Of a stretch of 64,000 nt of DNA, positions 58,954 through 64,000 are shown in pieces. The stretch covers positions 24,133 to 88,132 of the forward strand of contig CAVXJS010000005.1 of the NCBI GenBank assembly GCA_963762145.1, read 5' to 3'. This DNA comes from an uncultured Candidatus Rokubacteria bacterium. GTDB lineage: Bacteria; Methylomirabilota; Methylomirabilia; Rokubacteriales; CSP1-6. The position numbers and the translations under genes were made by a program. The notes under the pieces were generated by a model. The model saw nothing but the letters and a program-made list of their open reading frames with translations, searched no databases and was not told where the DNA came from. The stretch's first letter is position 1; each line of letters starts with the position of its first letter.

Positions 58954-59209
58954 GTTCCCCCGCGGTCGTCCTGTGGGCTGGGTGTTACGCCCGAGCGTAG
59001 CGAACACGAATGCAGACCAGCGGAAGGTATTTTACGCCGTAGTGGCAGTGGAACGCGAACGCGATGTTCAGGCCGCGATTTGCGGAGGGTCGGAGGGCGG
59101 AAGGACCTTCTTGGCCTGCCTTGACATCGGCCGGGCGATGGCCCATACCTTCTCGCAGGCGATCCCGCCGATGGCCGCGCCCGGCGAAGTGGGACGGGAG
59201 ACCTGCGCG

Positions 59210-61607
59210 ATGATCGAGAGCAACCGTGACGACAACGTCTTCCGCTACGCGCACCTGCGTCCAGCTAAGGGGAGGCCTGGCGAGCCGTCCCCGGCATCGC
59301 GGCTACGGCCCCGGACGGGCCCGGGCCGCGCCGCCGGCACGCCGGCGGTCGCGAGCCCGAGCCCCGGGCCGCTCACGCCCGCCGCGCTGCTCGCCGCCAA
59401 GCGCGAGGTCGAGCGGCTCGATCCGTACCTGAACCTCCACCTGCCGGGCCGTCAGCCGGATGGCAACCGTGACCGCGCGATCACCCTGAACGAACGGGGA
59501 GTGTCGCGCTTGTCCGTCCACACCCGGGCCGTGCTGGACGGGCTCGGCGCGCCGGCCGGGTCCACGCCCTTCGAGCAGTTGCTGGAGGCCCTCGACACGG
59601 CGCTGCTCTCGCCCGGCCGCCGGCCCCGCGGCCGGCCGGCGCCGGGGCCGGCCGTCGGCCCGGTGGAGCCGGCGCACCTGCGGGCGGTGGGCATCGCCGA
59701 CCTTCTTGTGGTCAAGCAGCAGATCAAGCGCTACGAGGCGGGCGAGATCGCGCATGTCGAGAACGTGGTGGCCGGGGAGTCGAAGGTTCGGACGCACCGC
59801 CAGCTCGACCGGGTCGAGGAGGTCTTAGCTACGATTGACGAGCGGGAGCGCGAGAAGGAGACCGAATCGCAGACCACGGAGCGGTTCGAGCTCAACCGTG
59901 AGACGACCCGCACCCAAGAGGTCGATCAGAAGACCGGCTCCGGCCTGTCGCTTTCCGGCAAGTACGGCCCCGGTCGAGTTCACGAGCAACCTCGAGCTCG
60001 GCCTAGAGACCTCGGGACGCCACCACCCAGCGCAATACAATCGAGTACGCCAAGGACGTGGTCGAGCGCTCGAAGGAGCGCATCGTCGAGAAGGTCCGGC
60101 GGCGAACGGCGGGCGCACCGTCCTGCGCGAGGTCGAGGAGACGAACGAGCACACCCTGACCAACGGGGCCTCCGCCGAGCACCGGTCGGCCCTCTACCAG
60201 TTCGTCGACGAGATCTACAGTCGCAGGTGTTTAACTCCGGGGCTCCGGCAGATGTTCGACTTCATGGTGCCCGAGCCCGCCTCCTATCTGTGGCATCTCG
60301 AGCGGCTCCCCAAGCCCGACATTGACCTGCCGGTCACCGCCCATCCGCCTGGAGGTCGAGGCCCCCGACGCCTCCGCGATCGACGAGGGGGAACTACCGC
60401 AGGAGCTGGCCGCACGCTACGGCGCCCGGGGTGTGAAGGCTCCGCCGCCCGGCCGTAGGCTCCAAGCACACGCAGCTCACGCAGGGCATGGGCAAGGGAG
60501 TCGAGGGCCGGCCCGCAGCCGGCAACGAGGTCGAGAGATCGCGATCCCGGACGGGTACCTCCGCTCTGGGCGATTCGTCACGATTATGGGGATGTCGGAC
60601 GATGATCCGACCGTCGCCCTGAGCCTTGGGCCACGTCAACGACGTGTGGGGTGCCGACCGGCAGCGAGAAAATCGACCTCCAGCAGGGCAGCCTGTTACC
60701 TCTTCCAGACCAATGTGCCGCGCTTCGTGCTGGTTCCCCTCCGACGCAGGCACCCACGTCAAGGACGAGAAGGTCTGCTGCCACGTCTTCGCCAACGAGA
60801 CCGCTGGCTGCGCGCGTGGCACGTCAAGGCGCTCTTCCTCCGCAGGTCTGAGGCGTTGCTCGGCTGGCAGGCCGCGACCTATGACGCCATCGCGGAGGGC
60901 GTACGCCAACGTGCTCCTGCAGTACCAGCAGGGACGTCGAGGCCCACAAGCAGCGGCAGGCGGCCCAGGGGGTGAATACCACTGGAGCTCGGCGACCCCG
61001 CCCTCGACGGAATCAGAAGACGATCCGGACCGAGCTGAAGAAGCACTGCCTGGCCATCGTTCGCGACGGAGCACCTCGGGCAGCTGAACACGGTCCATAC
61101 CGCCGGCGACGAGGAGCCCGCCACAGTTCGACCTGGCGGATGTCCCGCGAGCAGGGCCCAACATCCGCTTCCTCGAGCACGCCTTCGAGTGGGACCAGAT
61201 GCAGTACGTCTTCTATCCGTACTTCTGGGCGCGACCGGGCGGATGGGCGACCGCTTCCATGCCCTGGAACATGGACCCGCTCTCGAGGACTTCCTCAAGG
61301 CCGGGTACGCGCGGGTGGTGGTGCCGGTCCGGCCCGGGTTCGACGCCGCGGTCGCCTACTACATGCTGACCCGCGTGGCCTGGCAGGAGGCCGGCGAGCC
61401 GACGATCGGCGATCCACTCTACAAGCCGATCGTTGACGAGATCAAGGAGCGCACAGGGGCCGACCAGGGCGAGATCCCGGTCGGCGAGCCCTGGGAGACG
61501 CGGCTGCCGACTGCGGCGGTGGTGGGCTCGCTAGCGGGGAGACCCTGCCACGCTGGGTCCGCGGAACCCCGCCCGGCGCCTGGAACTGGGAGCCGGCGGA
61601 CGCCTGA
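59210..61607 (+). CDS. Large conserved hypothetical protein, possible toxin (many frameshifts)
   Basis: Coherent segments GIADLLVVKQQIKRYEAGEIAHVENV, MFDFMVPEPA, FLEHAFEWDQMQYVFYPYFW, FLKAGYARVVVPVRPGF, WETRLPT. Confidence 0.6.
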
Positions 61608-61619
61608 TCGCGCGCGACG

Positions 61620-64000
61620 GCGAGCTTCGGCGACCGTTGGAATCCGTCGGCAACCCGGACGAGCGCGCCGGCGTCGCTCGCCGAAGGTCGGCTTCCTGGA
61701 GCTCGCGGCTGCTGAGGTCCCGGGGGACCGCGTCGCGCTTGACCTCGTCGATGTGCTGGAGGAGCTCCCCGCCCGGCCCGATGTTGTACAGCGCTTCTTC
61801 AAGGCGCTTCGCGAACACCGCGCGCACCCCGCGACCCGATCTCGCCGTCCTTCCGTAGCTCCGCGCTCAGCTCGAAGTTCTTCGGCCGAACGTCGTCGAC
61901 GTAGCGCTTCGCAGCCGCCTGTACGCCGGGCTCGATGTCGGCGAGATAGGCCCGCGAGCCTTCTTGAAGTCGGTGTTCAGCGCCTTCTCGTGCCGTTCCC
62001 AGGCCTTCCGGCAGGTTTTGTTCCAGAGCCCGACCACGTGCTCGTTCCGCCACCGGTTCTCGAGCCCGAGGACTTCGAGATAGCGCAGATCGAACTGGTC
62101 TGATGCGCTGCCCGGACCTCGACGCCGCGGCCGAAGAGCTTCCGGTAGTCCTTGACCACGCCCGCCTGGTAGGCGGTCCAGAGCCCCTTCGCGGTGGGCG
62201 GCGTGCCCGGCTTCAGAACCGGGCGGCGCAGGATCGGCATGTCGACGTCCCGGATGAAAAGCGCCGCCGTCACGTCCTCCAGGAACTACGTTTTCCAGCG
62301 CGGCGGTCTCGGACGGGTCGGGATCATCGGGCAAGGCCGCGGCCGTCCAGGCGGTCCGGAAAACAGGCAGCGCGTCGACCAGGCCGTAGATCGTCTCGTT
62401 GTGGGCCACGACCGGGCCGACATCGGCGCTCTCGACGAGGAGCCCGACGTGCAGCGGAGGTGCCGTGAAGCTCGGCCGCACGTCAAGGGTGATGTTGCTG
62501 AGCCGGCGGAGTCGCTCGACCACCGAGAGCAGCACGAAGGCGATCCGGACCGCGTACACGCCGCAGTCGTGCAGCTCGCCGCCGTTCAGGGCCCGGGGAT
62601 AGACGCGTGAGACATAGTCGACATTCTGCCGTGGGTCGTCGGTGAGGTCGAAGCCGGAAGGGGTGGTCAGGGCCCCCAGCTCGGTGCGCAGCAGCGCCAG
62701 CAACTCGTTCCAGGCGACCCGGCGGGCTTCCGTGACGGTCTGCTTGTCTCGCAGCTTGGCCCGGAATGTGTCCTCGAAGAGGGCAGCCAGGAACTCCGCC
62801 AGATCCTCGCTGCTTCGGAGTCTGAGCGCATTGCCGAACCGTCCCTGGATCAGCCGCTGGCGCTGCTGGAGCGCGCCGGTGACGGGACCCGGCTTCTGCG
62901 GCTCGCCGTAGAGGTCCAGATAGAACCTAATCTGCTTCTCCCGGATGCGGATCGAGTCTTCCAGCCAGCCCTTCTTGTCCGCCGGCTCGGCCTCCGCGTC
63001 CCGGTCGTAGGCGTCGAAGACCATGGTCCGGGCCTTGTCCGGCGGCGGAAACGCGTCCACGTAGCGATGCACCCGACCGTCAGACGATCCGGGGTGGACT
63101 TCCGCCACGCCGGAGCGCAACCAGTGCCGAGCGGGCGTGCGACTCGAAGAGGCCGAAGCGGGTTCGTAGCAATCCGTCGAGCTTGCGCAGGCGCGTGCTG
63201 GTGCGGCGGGCCTCCAGTTCGAGGACGGCCGGTTCGAGCATCTGCTGGAAGAGGATCTGCAGGGCGCCGACCAACTGCTCGACCCGGGTCTCCAGTATCT
63301 CGATCATCGTCGGAGCGATCCCGCCCACTGTGCCGAAGCCGCGCTGGGGCTCCTCGAGGCCGCTGTAGGTCCGCCGTACTGGCTTCGGGCGCTTGACATC
63401 GCTGAGCGTCCGCAGGACGCCCTCCAGCCCGCGCACGAAGGCCGCCCAGGCGGCCTTCACCTCTTCGGAGGAGAGTGCGGGGCGGGGGGCCGGAATCCGG
63501 TCGAGCAGGTTCTCCCAGCTCTCGACCACGAGGCCTTCCGTCGTGCTCCGGAGGCTAACATGCACCCGGTACCAGGCGATCACGAGCTGGAATTCCTCGA
63601 ACCAGCCCAGCATCAGCAAGCGCGCCATCAGCTCGTAAAAGAACGCCAGCGAGACGTCGCGGACTGGGCGCTCTCGCAGTGCGACCTCCGCGACGAGGCG
63701 GCGCACGAGAGGGGTGGCGGTCTTCCGCTGCTCGGCCCCGACCGCCTGGCTCAGGTCCAGGACCAGGGCGAGCTCGGGCGTCGGCTGAGCCGCGAGCGCG
63801 TCCAGGATCTCCTGGAAGAACGGCTTGGTGGGCGCAGTCGCTTCGCGAGCCCGTACGCTATCAGGTGGGCCCGGGGTTCGGCGCAACGCCGCGAAGAGCG
63901 CCGCGGCTGGCCAGCATCCCGCCCCGCGCGCCTCAGCAAACCTAGGTCACGCGCCGGAAAACTATTCCCGCCGGAACCAGTAAGCACACCCCACGCTCCC
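61620..64000 (-). CDS. Large hypothetical protein, helical with HDCGVY motif (frameshifted; ends uncertain, may extend past window)
   Basis: Consecutive minus-strand ORFs 63080-63886, 61867-63120, 61977-62273, 61531-61827 with protein-like content. Confidence 0.45.

Noticed and set aside
55100-64000. attR (duplicate tRNA-Arg 3' end) for the satellite-like element
   Set aside because: No copy of TTCGAGTCACCCCGGGGGCACCA seen in the window; boundary left undefined

Overview
High-GC bacterial chromosome. Inference: likely Ca. Rokubacteria/Methylomirabilota, from the lineage-typical orphan ABC substrate-binding proteins and the 'AECAWVLW...CLPDTVDPRGPK' small protein. Many single-base indels look like long-read errors. 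Bases 1-38 kb are core genome: lpxK/LPS-core and ADP-heptose genes, trpS-scpA-scpB-rluB, pheA-hisC-tyrA-cmk-plsC-rpsA-sppA-ihfB, HIT-mutS-mutL-miaA-hflX, pgsA, der, ihfA-MerR-tRNA-Pro, and surE-pcm-tRNA-Pro-acyP-nlpD-like-rpoS-like. This part also holds three copies of a ~55-bp palindromic element, one of them in frame inside mutL. From ~40 kb the window is accessory and centred on tRNA-Arg(CCT) at 48591-48667. Upstream of the tRNA are two tandem modules, each made of a PEP-CTERM gene, co-oriented small genes, an integrase tail and a tRNA-Arg 5' half. The most unusual signal is here. Seven unrelated short genes end exactly on the TGA of a shared RTGATC(GCCGCCATCTAC) motif that reads like a serine-recombinase N-terminus (MIAAIYAR). 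Three of these junctions continue into a conserved hairpin/mini-ORF ('...REKLAEYLK*') that abuts the next gene. This is a candidate integron-like cassette array that does not use attC sites. Downstream of the tRNA is a PICI/satellite-like element (integrase, XRE with operator, Xis, TerS-like, primase-helicase with iterons). It is followed by a MauJ/HEPN-like gene, a pentapeptide protein and two large toxin-like proteins.
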